A DNA stretch of 64,000 bases from Haliangiales bacterium (GCA_035259575.1 DATFWE010000042.1:4882-68881), one strand, 5' to 3'. Numbered from the stretch's first letter, positions 18,227 to 27,160 are shown. The notes: generated by a model from the letters alone, not told the origin. Numbers and translations: made by a program.

Positions 18227-19120
18227 ATGTCGACGCACGATCGGATCGCAACGAGTATCGCGCTCGCGTTCGGGTCCGCGGTGGCGTGGGTGGCGTGCGG
18301 GGGCGGTTCTTCGACGACCTCGCCGCCGGACGCCGCTCCGCCCGACGCGCGCCCGCCGGCGCCGGACGCCGCCCCACCCGACGCCAGCCCTCCGGATGCC
18401 CCGCCGCCCCCGACGCTGACGCTGTCGCTCGATCCCGCGCTCGACACCGACCCCGACACCGTGAAGGCGACGGCGATCACGGCGGCCGACTTGCTCGACA
18501 CGTCCGGCACGGCGGTCGCGCACGCGACTGTTGCGAACGACCAGGCGGTGTTCGCGATCGGCGCTCTCGCGCCAGGTGAGTTCTTCATCAAGGTGAACGG
18601 GGACGCCGACGATCTCGTGCCGACGCGCATCGACAACCCTGCGGCGAGCGTCGTCCAGCGAGTGGGACAGAAGCTGAGGGCAAGCTTGATCGGGCCGGAG
18701 AACAGCCCGGTGTACCGCGTGAACACCTATTCTGCCGGCCAGGGAGAGAGCCCGATCGTGAGATTCTCCGACGGCACGACGATCGCCGGCGAGCAGCCGT
18801 ACATCTTCATCACGCTCGCCCTGCCAAAGGTTGACATCAAGGTCCTGGGGACGGGGGCTCGCGTGAGCACCCTTTTGCCGGGCTCGCAGCTTCACCCGAG
18901 CACGCTCGTGCCCTTCGACGCCTGGATCCTGAACACCAGCGGCCAGCCGCACCACGGGGATGCCTACAACGCGGCGCCCTCATCGTGCAGCGGGTGCCAC
19001 ACGAAGCTCGACATGAAGCCGGCGAGCTATGCCGACATCACCGTCGCGAACGGCTGGTGCTTCCATTGCCACAATGGAACGGCGGGAGACGGCAGCGGCT
19101 TCGTCGATCCTACCCAGTAG
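18227..19120 (+). CDS. Di-heme c-type cytochrome lipoprotein of unknown function
   Basis: Lipobox-like WVAC, Pro/Asp-rich PDAAPP repeats, C-terminal CSGCH and CFHCH. Confidence 0.78.
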   Translation: MSTHDRIATSIALAFGSAVAWVACGGGSSTTSPPDAAPPDARPPAPDAAPPDASPPDAPPPPTLTLSLDPALDTDPDTVKATAITAADLLDTSGTAVAHATVANDQAVFAIGALAPGEFFIKVNGDADDLVPTRIDNPAASVVQRVGQKLRASLIGPENSPVYRVNTYSAGQGESPIVRFSDGTTIAGEQPYIFITLALPKVDIKVLGTGARVSTLLPGSQLHPSTLVPFDAWILNTSGQPHHGDAYNAAPSSCSGCHTKLDMKPASYADITVANGWCFHCHNGTAGDGSGFVDPTQ

Positions 19121-19172
19121 GAACGACGAAGAAGGGTGGAAAGCTGTGGGGGGAAGGGACGGCTCGCGCGGC

Positions 19173-22100
19173 TTACCTGTGCACCTCGGCGATGGCCGCC
19201 AGGCGGCCGGGGCCGTGGCAGAGCAGACACTGCTCCTTCGTGGCGCCCGGGGCGAGCACGACGCTGCGCGGCGCGTAGAAGTAGCCGCCCATCGCCTGCA
19301 TGTGGTCGATCGCCACGGGCGTGTCGTGGCACGCGGAGCAGGCCGCGACAATCGGCGACTTCACGAGCGTCGTGGGATCGGCCTCGCACGGCGCCGAGGT
19401 GGAGCACGTCTTGGCGGCCACACCGGTGCACGGAGCAGCGCTGGTGCACGTGCACGGAGCGGCCGCGGTGCAGTTGGTGCCGCCCTGCTTGCCCGAGGTG
19501 ACCCCGGTCACCGTGCACGGGTTGGCAAGGCTGCACGTGCACGGCGTCGCCGGCGTGCAGCTCTGGGTCCCCTGCGTGCCCGTTCGCCCGTCGGGAAGCG
19601 TCGTCGTGAGGTTGGTCGTGGCGAACCCGAGCCCGTAGTCGGTGAAGCCGTCCGCGATGACGTACGGCGAGATGGTGAACCAGCTCGCCGGATTCGTCGT
19701 CGCGTTGTTGTTGTATCGCCCCTTCGCGACTGTGCTCGGCAGCATGCTGGGCAGCGCGGCCATGCTCGTGGCGGAGCTGAAGTCGTAGTCGCCCGCGACG
19801 TGGCACGCCGTGCAGTTGTTGAGCGGCCCGGGGAACTCCACGTGGGAGAAGTTCTCGGTCGCCGACTCCGCGTGCCACGTGAACGCCACGGTGCGCTTGC
19901 GCGCGCCGTGGATCGCGTGGATGAAGTCCTTGGCGTTCCCGCCCCAGCCGCTGGTCGACTGGTTGGGGTTGTGACAGAACGAGCAGGTCGGCCCGTTGTT
20001 GCGCTGCCCGGCGTGGAACGTCGGCGCGGCGCCGAGCGTGACGTGACACTTGAGGCAATTTGCGTTGTCGATGATGACGTGGCGAGCCGTGTATCCCGTC
20101 GCCACCTTGTAGACGTCGGGCGCGGGGACGATCAGGCCGCCTTGCTTCTTGACGGTGTCGTACGGGAACGCGGGGAGATCGATCTCGGTCAGCGGGAACG
20201 CCGACACCAGGTTGTAGGTGTAGCCCACGCCGCCGGTGAGCTGCGCGGCGTTGTTCGGGATCACGACGTTGGGGAGGACGATGGTATAGAAGCCGGACGC
20301 GTCGGGTCCCGTCAGCGTGCCGGCGCCCGTTCCCGTCGCGGTGCCGTTCCAGATGTTCTTGATGTAGCCGCTGGCGGTCGCGTTGTAGTCCGCCGGTGCC
20401 GCGATGCCGTCCTGCGGCACGCTGAACGCGAAGTAGACGCTCGGCGAGCCGACGAAGCCGTCCATGAGCTCGGTGGCGCCGCCGCCGAACGTGGGGAAAG
20501 CGACGTTGCTGCCGTTCTTGAGCAGCTTGAACTTGATCGACGGGCGCTTGACCCCGCCGGCATCGGCGACGGCGTCGACGCTGCTGACGGCGTACGTGAT
20601 GACCGCCGCGCCTTCGGGGACCGCCCCCGCGGCCGCCAGGAATCCCGCGTTCGTGTTGGCGTTCGTGCCGCCATTCAAGATGTTGTTCGGGTCCGGGGGA
20701 GCGATCGGCACGTGGTATCTGCCGATGAGCGCCGGCGTGTGGCACGTGGCGCAGGCGCCGTCGGCGACTGCGCCGCCGGTGTGCTTGCACGGCACGTTCA
20801 AGCCCGTGCCGTCGACCGCGGGCGGATGGACGCACGTCGCGGCGGACGAGGCCGCGGCGAAGTCGACCTGGTCGTGGCACGACGTGCACGCGGCGAGGGT
20901 CGGACGACCCTTCGCCTGCGCGCCTTGCGCCGCGCCGTCGTGGCAGGCGCCGCAGTTGCGGATGTCCTGCGGATAGGTCGCAGCGACGCCGTGGAACACG
21001 TTCTGCGGCTGGAGCGACTCGCCGTTGTGGATGCGGTGCACGAACACCATGGCCTGCGCCGCGGGGTTCGAGACCCGGGCCGGGTTGTGGCACACGACGC
21101 AGTACCGCGCGTCGATGCGGCCGCTGTTGTGGAAGCTGCTCGAGGTCAAGCCCTCGGCGCTGAAGCCGCGGTGGCAGTTGTTGCAGCCCGCGGTCGACGC
21201 GATCTCCCGGTTGAGCGGCGTCCCGGTGGGGTTGTTCGGGATGTAATTGAAATACGTGTTCACCGCGTCGAAGCCCGCCGGGTCGAGCGTGTTGTCGAGG
21301 TTGGTCTGGCGGGAGGCCTCGATCCACACGACGTGCGTGTTCCCCAGCTTGCTCGCGTCGTACGCGACCGCCGTGAAGACGACGCCGTTCGGGGCGCCGG
21401 ACGTGTCGGTCTGCTGCACGTCGGCCGTGGGGAACGTGTAGGTGTACTCGCCGGACAAGGGAACGTCCTCGACGAGCAGTCCGACCGCGGGCGTCCTCGT
21501 CGTCGCGGTGGTCGTGGCGCTGGGGTTGTAGGCGGTCGGCTGGAACCTGGTCTGCGCCGACGCCGAGCTCGCCTGCGTGAGCACGGTGTTCGGCAGGACG
21601 TTCCCGTCGGGGTCCTTGGTGAGGTACGACAGCGAGAACCGCATCGCGATCGGCGTGTTCAGCGTGTAGATCCCGTTCTTGTCCACGGGGAAACCGCGCG
21701 AGTCCTTCATCGAGAACCGGACGGAGATTGCGCCGGACGCGTCGTCGCTGACGCCCTTGATGGCGATCGCCAGCCCGGTGCTCGTGGCCGAAGGGCCCGG
21801 GGTGCCGCCGCATACATACGTCGTCTGCGCGGGGTTCACCTCCGAGGGATCGAGGAGGCCGTTGCCGTTGGCATCGACGCCCATCTCGATCTTGACGCCG
21901 CCGGACGGGCAGTTCGGCCCGGGCGGCTCGGGGCTGGTTTTCACGAGCGTCGGCCGGCCGCTCGAGCCGTTGCAGATGTACGTCGTCTCCGACGCGTTGA
22001 CCTCGCCCGGATCGAGGACGCCGTTCATGTTCGCGTCCACGCCGGTCTCGAGCCTGGTGCCGCCGTTGGCGCAGTGCGCCCCCGGGGGCTCGGGCGTGGT

Positions 22101-22205
22101 CGCGACGAGCGCCGTGCCGCCGGTGTCGCCCGTGCAGCCGGCGAACAAGACCGCCGCGACCGCGCCGGCGAGCCGGATTCGTCCGATTCTGCTTGCGTTG
22201 TGCAT
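19173..22205 (-). CDS. OmcA/MtrC-family decaheme cytochrome lipoprotein with N-terminal tandem repeats
   Basis: GGAGG SD before ATG 22205; lipobox LFAGC; 10 CxxCH in a 5+5 arrangement separated by a beta-rich domain; FVHRIH and FIHAIH distal-His motifs. Confidence 0.88.
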   Translation of the reverse strand: MHNASRIGRIRLAGAVAAVLFAGCTGDTGGTALVATTPEPPGAHCANGGTRLETGVDANMNGVLDPGEVNASETTYICNGSSGRPTLVKTSPEPPGPNCPSGGVKIEMGVDANGNGLLDPSEVNPAQTTYVCGGTPGPSATSTGLAIAIKGVSDDASGAISVRFSMKDSRGFPVDKNGIYTLNTPIAMRFSLSYLTKDPDGNVLPNTVLTQASSASAQTRFQPTAYNPSATTTATTRTPAVGLLVEDVPLSGEYTYTFPTADVQQTDTSGAPNGVVFTAVAYDASKLGNTHVVWIEASRQTNLDNTLDPAGFDAVNTYFNYIPNNPTGTPLNREIASTAGCNNCHRGFSAEGLTSSSFHNSGRIDARYCVVCHNPARVSNPAAQAMVFVHRIHNGESLQPQNVFHGVAATYPQDIRNCGACHDGAAQGAQAKGRPTLAACTSCHDQVDFAAASSAATCVHPPAVDGTGLNVPCKHTGGAVADGACATCHTPALIGRYHVPIAPPDPNNILNGGTNANTNAGFLAAAGAVPEGAAVITYAVSSVDAVADAGGVKRPSIKFKLLKNGSNVAFPTFGGGATELMDGFVGSPSVYFAFSVPQDGIAAPADYNATASGYIKNIWNGTATGTGAGTLTGPDASGFYTIVLPNVVIPNNAAQLTGGVGYTYNLVSAFPLTEIDLPAFPYDTVKKQGGLIVPAPDVYKVATGYTARHVIIDNANCLKCHVTLGAAPTFHAGQRNNGPTCSFCHNPNQSTSGWGGNAKDFIHAIHGARKRTVAFTWHAESATENFSHVEFPGPLNNCTACHVAGDYDFSSATSMAALPSMLPSTVAKGRYNNNATTNPASWFTISPYVIADGFTDYGLGFATTNLTTTLPDGRTGTQGTQSCTPATPCTCSLANPCTVTGVTSGKQGGTNCTAAAPCTCTSAAPCTGVAAKTCSTSAPCEADPTTLVKSPIVAACSACHDTPVAIDHMQAMGGYFYAPRSVVLAPGATKEQCLLCHGPGRLAAIAEVHR

Positions 22206-22242
22206 CACGTCCTCCATCAAGCCGTTCGTACCGACCCGGCCG

Positions 22243-23322
22243 TCAGAAATGACAGGTCGTGCACATCCCGTTGCTGCGGATCTCCGAGTGGTCGTGGTGC
22301 GAAAGCCACGACGCGGGATGTGGGTTGCCGCCGATCCCGCCGACGCGGTGGCAGCTCACGCAGTTGGATCGCGGGCCCTGGTCGTGGCACGACGCGCAGC
22401 TCGCGATGTCGCGCCGCGCCGCCTCGCCATGGAAATCCCCCGATCCCGGGATGGTCCACCCGAGCGGATGCGGATCACGCGGATTTTGCGCGGTCGGCGT
22501 CAAATTCTGGGCCTGATGACAGCTCGTGCAGAAATCGTTCCCATGGCACTTGCGGCAGGAGGCCTCGTTGCCGGCGGCCTCGATCGAGTGCCGTCCGAGG
22601 AAGTCATTGCGGTGGATGAAGGACGCGTCGACCGACTCGGGGAACTTGACCTCGACCCGGGTCGCCACGGTCCGGGCGTGGCAGTCCGCGCAGTACGTCT
22701 GGTCGTGGCACTGCGCGCAGTTCCCGGCGGAGCTGCGCGCGTCGGCGCCGTGGCGCGCGATGTAATTGCCCTGGTGCGAGAAATCGGACAGGGGCTTGAG
22801 CGCGATGCGGTTCAGCGTCGGATGGCACCCCGTGCACTGGGTCTGCGCGTACTCCTGCGCGTGCTCGTGGCAGCCCAGGCAGTCGCTCATCTTGGGCACG
22901 GTGTCCACCGCTGCGAACGGCTCCGGGAGCCGCTGGTGACAAGTCGAGCAGTCCTCCTTGACGCGCTCGATGTGCTTCTGGTGGCTCATCTTCACCAGGC
23001 CCTCGGCGAGCGTGCGCTTCGCGGCGTGCTGGACGTCCGTGTGGCAGAAGCTGCAGTTGTTCTTTTCCTTCTGCTCCTTGTGGCACTGGAGGCACGTGTC
23101 TTCCGGGGGCAGCGCCTCGGGCGCGGTGCCGAGCGCGGTCTCGTCGAACACGCCCTCGTGGCAGGCGATGCACTTGACGTCGTTCTTGGCGTGGATCTCG
23201 TGCGGAGCGCGGATCCGATCGCTGGGCGGGTCGGCCGGCGTCGTCCGCGGCGACGCGGGCCAGCACGAGACGAGGGCGCCGCCGGCGGCGGCGAGCGCGA
23301 CGAGGGCAAGCGCCTTCCTCAC
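22243..23322 (-). CDS. 13-heme cytochrome c3-like lipoprotein
   Basis: GTG 23322 overlaps the upstream stop; lipobox LVSC; 13 CxxCH with PHEIH and SHQKH c3-type distal His pairs. Confidence 0.9.
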   Translation of the reverse strand: MRKALALVALAAAGGALVSCWPASPRTTPADPPSDRIRAPHEIHAKNDVKCIACHEGVFDETALGTAPEALPPEDTCLQCHKEQKEKNNCSFCHTDVQHAAKRTLAEGLVKMSHQKHIERVKEDCSTCHQRLPEPFAAVDTVPKMSDCLGCHEHAQEYAQTQCTGCHPTLNRIALKPLSDFSHQGNYIARHGADARSSAGNCAQCHDQTYCADCHARTVATRVEVKFPESVDASFIHRNDFLGRHSIEAAGNEASCRKCHGNDFCTSCHQAQNLTPTAQNPRDPHPLGWTIPGSGDFHGEAARRDIASCASCHDQGPRSNCVSCHRVGGIGGNPHPASWLSHHDHSEIRSNGMCTTCHF

Positions 23323-24584
23323 GGCGTCACCTTCTTCGCGCGGTAGTCGAAGTTGTAGACCAGCTTCGCCATCGCCTCGGTGCGCCACTCGAGCAGCGGC
23401 GTCCGCCCGGTCAAGCCGCTCACGAGGCCCCTCCACCCGGGCGCGAAGTCCCAGCCGACCGTCGCGGCGAACGTCAGCGACAGGTTCTCGCCGTTGATCC
23501 GCGGGTCGAGCCACACCGCGTCGCAATCGAGGGTCGCCGTGACGTCGCGGCCGAACCGGTGCAACCCGTAGATGCGGCCCTGGACGTAGCGGCTGGCCGG
23601 CAGCGCGAGGACGCGCCCCTGGACGCCGATCTGAGTCATGTCCGCCCCGTCGACGGCGAGCGATGCGCGCAGCCCGGCGCGCCCGCCGGTGCCGGAGTCG
23701 TCGTGGAGCACGAAGCCGTCCCCCCACAGGCGAAGGCGCGCCCACGGCCGGAAGTACACCGTCGCCCCGCCCTCCTCGCGCGCCTCCTCGGCGAACACGG
23801 AGAAGATCGACGCCCGCGATACGAACAGATCCGGCGCGGTGCGCGCCGCCTCGGCCGTGACCTCGAGGTTGCGCAGCGGCTGCCACAGCGCGCGCAGCGA
23901 CGCCTCGCTGATCCTCTGCTCGAGGATGCTGAACGCCGCGAGCGCGGTCAACGTGACCTCTTCCGTCACGACCGCGCGCGCGTCGACGCCGGCCTCCTGG
24001 CGATCGACCAAGCCGTCGTCGAGGATGTCCACGAACGAGAGGCCGCCCTCGAAGATCGGCGACGGCCGCCACGACAGGCGCCCGCCGATCACGCCCTGAC
24101 CGTGGGCGTAGCCGAAACGCGGCGGCACGGGAACGCCGCCGTAGATCTGGACACGGATGCCCGCGGGGGCGAGCGCGACGACGTCGGCACCGTCGAGCTG
24201 AAGGTTGCGCGCGACGCCCGAGGCGACGAGCTGGCGCCCGAGACGCACGCCCAGGTGACGATCGAACAGCTTGCCCTCGATGAACGCGACGTCGACGTCG
24301 CCGGTGACGTTGCGGTCGTCCAACGTGGTGCCGCCGGCGACCATGCCCCACCCGGACACGACGATGCGCGTCCCGTGGACTCCCGGGATGTCGACGTCGC
24401 GCGCCGAGAGCCAGATTTCCTCGTACGCGGGTACGACCGTGTGCACCGTGCCGTCGCGTGGGTCCTGGCGCCCGGCGAGGAGCGTCAGAGCGGTCGCGTC
24501 GACGGTCTGCCCGTGCACGAGCACCGGCAGGCCCACGCCGACGGCCGCCACGATCGCGCTAGTTCTGAACGTCGACCATTCCAT
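23319..24584 (-). CDS. Putative outer-membrane beta-barrel (porin of a porin-cytochrome conduit)
   Basis: Signal peptide, no hemes, many alternating amphipathic strands (GVDARAVV, LEVTAEAAR, LTFAATVGWDF, AMAKLVYNF); coupled between two multiheme genes. Confidence 0.68.
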   Translation of the reverse strand: MEWSTFRTSAIVAAVGVGLPVLVHGQTVDATALTLLAGRQDPRDGTVHTVVPAYEEIWLSARDVDIPGVHGTRIVVSGWGMVAGGTTLDDRNVTGDVDVAFIEGKLFDRHLGVRLGRQLVASGVARNLQLDGADVVALAPAGIRVQIYGGVPVPPRFGYAHGQGVIGGRLSWRPSPIFEGGLSFVDILDDGLVDRQEAGVDARAVVTEEVTLTALAAFSILEQRISEASLRALWQPLRNLEVTAEAARTAPDLFVSRASIFSVFAEEAREEGGATVYFRPWARLRLWGDGFVLHDDSGTGGRAGLRASLAVDGADMTQIGVQGRVLALPASRYVQGRIYGLHRFGRDVTATLDCDAVWLDPRINGENLSLTFAATVGWDFAPGWRGLVSGLTGRTPLLEWRTEAMAKLVYNFDYRAKKVTP

Positions 24585-25980
24585 TGATGTGGGCTCCGCC
24601 AACCTTGATGGCGCCGCCGGGCAAGACCGTCCCGGAGTGACACTGCACACAGTCCGACAGCTTCAGGCTCGGGTCATGGGCGTCCGTCGGCGGTGGGATG
24701 CCGTGGCACGAGCCGCAGGCGATCGTGCCCACCCCGCCGCCCCACACCGGCCGCACCGCCCCGTGGCACCATACGTTGTTGCAGGTCTGCGCCTGCGCAT
24801 CCCACGCCGGCTGGGTTTTGCCGCCGCCCGTGGCGCGCACGCCGGTCATGGCGACGGTCGCCTCCTGCGTGAGGTGCCCGGGCGCATCGACGCTCGCGGG
24901 GACCGTGTGGCAGTCGCCGCACGCCACGGGCGCGGACAAAAGGTGCAGCGCGTCCGTGTGCGCGAGGTGGCTGCCCGTCGCGGGCGGCTGGCCGTGACAG
25001 CTCGTGCACACATCGGCGCCGACGCCGAAGTCGATGCTGCCGTTGACGTGCTTGCTCGCGTCGCGGACGTGGCGCTCGGCGTCGACGACCGCCGAATGGC
25101 AATCGACGCAGCGACCGCCGGTGTTGTGATGGCCGCTCGGCGGCAGCCCGTGGCACGTGCCGCACGCCGCCTGGTCGGGGCCGCCGGTCCACTTCGGCGC
25201 GGTCCGCGTCGCCGCCGCGTCCGTGAACGCGCCCCCGTGACAGTAGACGCCCGAACAGGTCCGGGCGGGCTGATCGTAGGTCGGCGTCGCCGACATCGCG
25301 AATGCCAGGGCGCCGAAGTGTATCGTCGCCGGTCCGGTGTGGAGGTGGCCGGCCTCGGTCACGACCGCCGGCTTCAGGTGGCACGCGGTGCAGTCGAGCG
25401 CCGCGCCGATGCCTCCCGAGACGTGGGCCAGGTGCGACCCGGTGGATGGCGGCTGCCCGTGACAGCCCGTGCACGATGTCAGCCCGCCGGAGTGGCAGGT
25501 CGCGCACCCGACGCCCGAGGTGCCGCCGGCGAAGTCGCTGCCGTGGCATTTCGCGCACAGGGTGAGGTCCCAGTTGAACACCTGGCCGACGACCGTGCCG
25601 TGGAACGTCGGATCGCTCGGATTCATCAGGCCCGGGCCATGGACGGGCGACGTCTCGTAGCCCAGGTCATCGTCGACGACCCAGGTCCGCAGCAGCGCGA
25701 ACGTGGTCGCGAACGGCGCGTGCGTCGCGTCGCTCCCGATGGCGATGAGGACGGACGTCGCGTCGCCGGCGCGGGCGCGCGCGATGACCTGAAAATAGTC
25801 GTCCGTCCGGAAGCCGGCCGCCGGCTCGCTCCCGGTGTGGCAGGAGCCGCACTTGTCGGCGAGCGCGGGCGCGACGTCCTTCTTCCACGTCAATCCCTGT
25901 CGCCGCACACCCGGCTCGAGGGTTTGCGGCGTGGCGCAACCCACGGCGAGGCCGACGGCCATGGCGGCGACTGCGCGCAT
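24559..25980 (-). CDS. 13-heme CxxxxCH/CxxCH-domain cytochrome lipoprotein
   Basis: Lipobox LAVGC; 11 CxxCH plus CSGVYCH and CNNVWCH; two internally repeated modules. Confidence 0.9.
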   Translation of the reverse strand: MRAVAAMAVGLAVGCATPQTLEPGVRRQGLTWKKDVAPALADKCGSCHTGSEPAAGFRTDDYFQVIARARAGDATSVLIAIGSDATHAPFATTFALLRTWVVDDDLGYETSPVHGPGLMNPSDPTFHGTVVGQVFNWDLTLCAKCHGSDFAGGTSGVGCATCHSGGLTSCTGCHGQPPSTGSHLAHVSGGIGAALDCTACHLKPAVVTEAGHLHTGPATIHFGALAFAMSATPTYDQPARTCSGVYCHGGAFTDAAATRTAPKWTGGPDQAACGTCHGLPPSGHHNTGGRCVDCHSAVVDAERHVRDASKHVNGSIDFGVGADVCTSCHGQPPATGSHLAHTDALHLLSAPVACGDCHTVPASVDAPGHLTQEATVAMTGVRATGGGKTQPAWDAQAQTCNNVWCHGAVRPVWGGGVGTIACGSCHGIPPPTDAHDPSLKLSDCVQCHSGTVLPGGAIKVGGAHINGMVDVQN

Positions 25981-25983
25981 GGC

Positions 25984-26322
25984 TCACTTGCCGGCGAACG
26001 ACCGCATGTACTTCACCAGGTCCTCAATCTGGTCGGGCTTGAGCTTCGCCTTGTAGGCGTCCATCTGCTGCTTCTTGCCGTCCTTGGTCCGGTCGAGCCC
26101 GTCCTCGATCGCCTTCTGGATGGCCTCGTCGGTGAACTCCTTCTGCCACGCGGGGGCGGTCGCGTCGCGGACGCCCATCTCCTTGCCCTTGGTGGTTTGC
26201 CCCTTGCCGTCGTCGCCGTGGCACGACGCGCACTTCGCCTTCCAGGTGCGCTCGGTCTTGTCCGCCCGAGCGGCGGTCGCGAGAGCCATGATGCAGAACA
26301 ACGCGGTGCAAACCGTACGCAT
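25984..26322 (-). CDS. Secreted mono-heme cytochrome c (paralog of 14305..14652)
   Basis: AAAGGAG SD, signal peptide, KAKCASCHGDDGKG and QQM distal Met. Confidence 0.92.
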   Translation of the reverse strand: MRTVCTALFCIMALATAARADKTERTWKAKCASCHGDDGKGQTTKGKEMGVRDATAPAWQKEFTDEAIQKAIEDGLDRTKDGKKQQMDAYKAKLKPDQIEDLVKYMRSFAGK

Positions 26323-26324
26323 GA

Positions 26325-26543
26325 TCACTCCTTTGCCCGGGGAGGGGCCGCCGCCTCGTCCGGCCGACCCCAAACGAGCCAATAGAGGTAGAGGAGAAGG
26401 CCGATGCCGAGCGCTGCTCCGCCGACCGTCGCGAACGCGATGAACGACAGCGGGTGCGACCAGAACAGGGTGACGAGCTCGACGACGAGCGCCACCATCA
26501 CGAGCGCACACGCGAGGCGCAGCAGCAGCGACGACCGGCTCAT
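26325..26543 (-). CDS. Small two-TM membrane protein (72 aa)
   Basis: ATGA overlap with the NapC-like stop; MSRSSLLLRLACALVMVALVVELVTLFWSHPLSFIAFATVGG... Confidence 0.72.
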   Translation of the reverse strand: MSRSSLLLRLACALVMVALVVELVTLFWSHPLSFIAFATVGGAALGIGLLLYLYWLVWGRPDEAAAPPRAKE

Positions 26544-27160
26544 TCCTTGTCCTCCGTCGGTCCGGACCACAGCTTGAGCTTGGCGAGCTCATCGACGGCA
26601 TGGACGTTGGGGTGGCAGCTCTGCGACAGACACGACAGCTCGTTGCTCTGGATGCGCGCGCGTTCCTTCTTGTGTTCCGACGTATCCTCGAAACCGCGCG
26701 TGCCGTCGTGGCAGTGCAGGCACTCGCGATTGTTGTACGGCGTGTAGAGCTTGATTTGCTCGGGCACGGTGCCGAGGTAGGCCACCCACACGTGCTGCAG
26801 GCCCTTGAGCTTGGCGTGGAGGTCGCCGTAGAGCGTGTACGTCGTGTGGCAGGCGAAACATGCCGTTTGGCGCGGCACGCGGGAATTCTGAACATGGGCC
26901 GCAGGGAGGTATCGGGGATCGTCGATGGTTAGGCTCTTCCCGTACTTCTCCATCGCGTGGCAGGACGTGCAGTAGGCGACCGTCTTCGAGTGCTCGATGT
27001 GCGTGCTCGTCCCCATGAACACGATGAACAACGGAAACACCATGATCGAGACGAAGCCGAACAGCTTGCCGATGCCGTGGGTCAAGACCTGCGGTCGCGC
27101 GACGCCCACGAAGAGGAGGGCGATTGCGACGAGGATGCTCGCAACAGGTAGGATCCCCAT
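26540..27160 (-). CDS. NapC/NirT (CymA-like) membrane-anchored tetraheme quinol dehydrogenase
   Basis: N-terminal TM helices; YCTSCHAM, CFACH, AKLKGLQHV, CLHCH and a last heme as CLSQSCH. Confidence 0.85.
   Translation of the reverse strand: MGILPVASILVAIALLFVGVARPQVLTHGIGKLFGFVSIMVFPLFIVFMGTSTHIEHSKTVAYCTSCHAMEKYGKSLTIDDPRYLPAAHVQNSRVPRQTACFACHTTYTLYGDLHAKLKGLQHVWVAYLGTVPEQIKLYTPYNNRECLHCHDGTRGFEDTSEHKKERARIQSNELSCLSQSCHPNVHAVDELAKLKLWSGPTEDKE

Noticed and set aside
18319-18410. Short tandem DNA repeats resembling an array
   Set aside because: They are in-frame codons for PDAAPP linker repeats, with no unique spacers or cas genes, so not CRISPR.
15235-18726. Very long alternative-frame ORFs (also 6051..9113, 19029..22619, 29147..33298, 33596..36457 and others)
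   Set aside because: They lie antisense to or overlap well-supported genes, are Arg/Ala/Gly/Pro-rich and motif-free, and are the expected result of stop-codon scarcity in GC-rich DNA.
20781-20834. Possible 11th heme site in the decaheme (C-X14-CKH)
   Set aside because: It fits better as a disulfide loop, with the His acting as distal ligand before the canonical CATCH.
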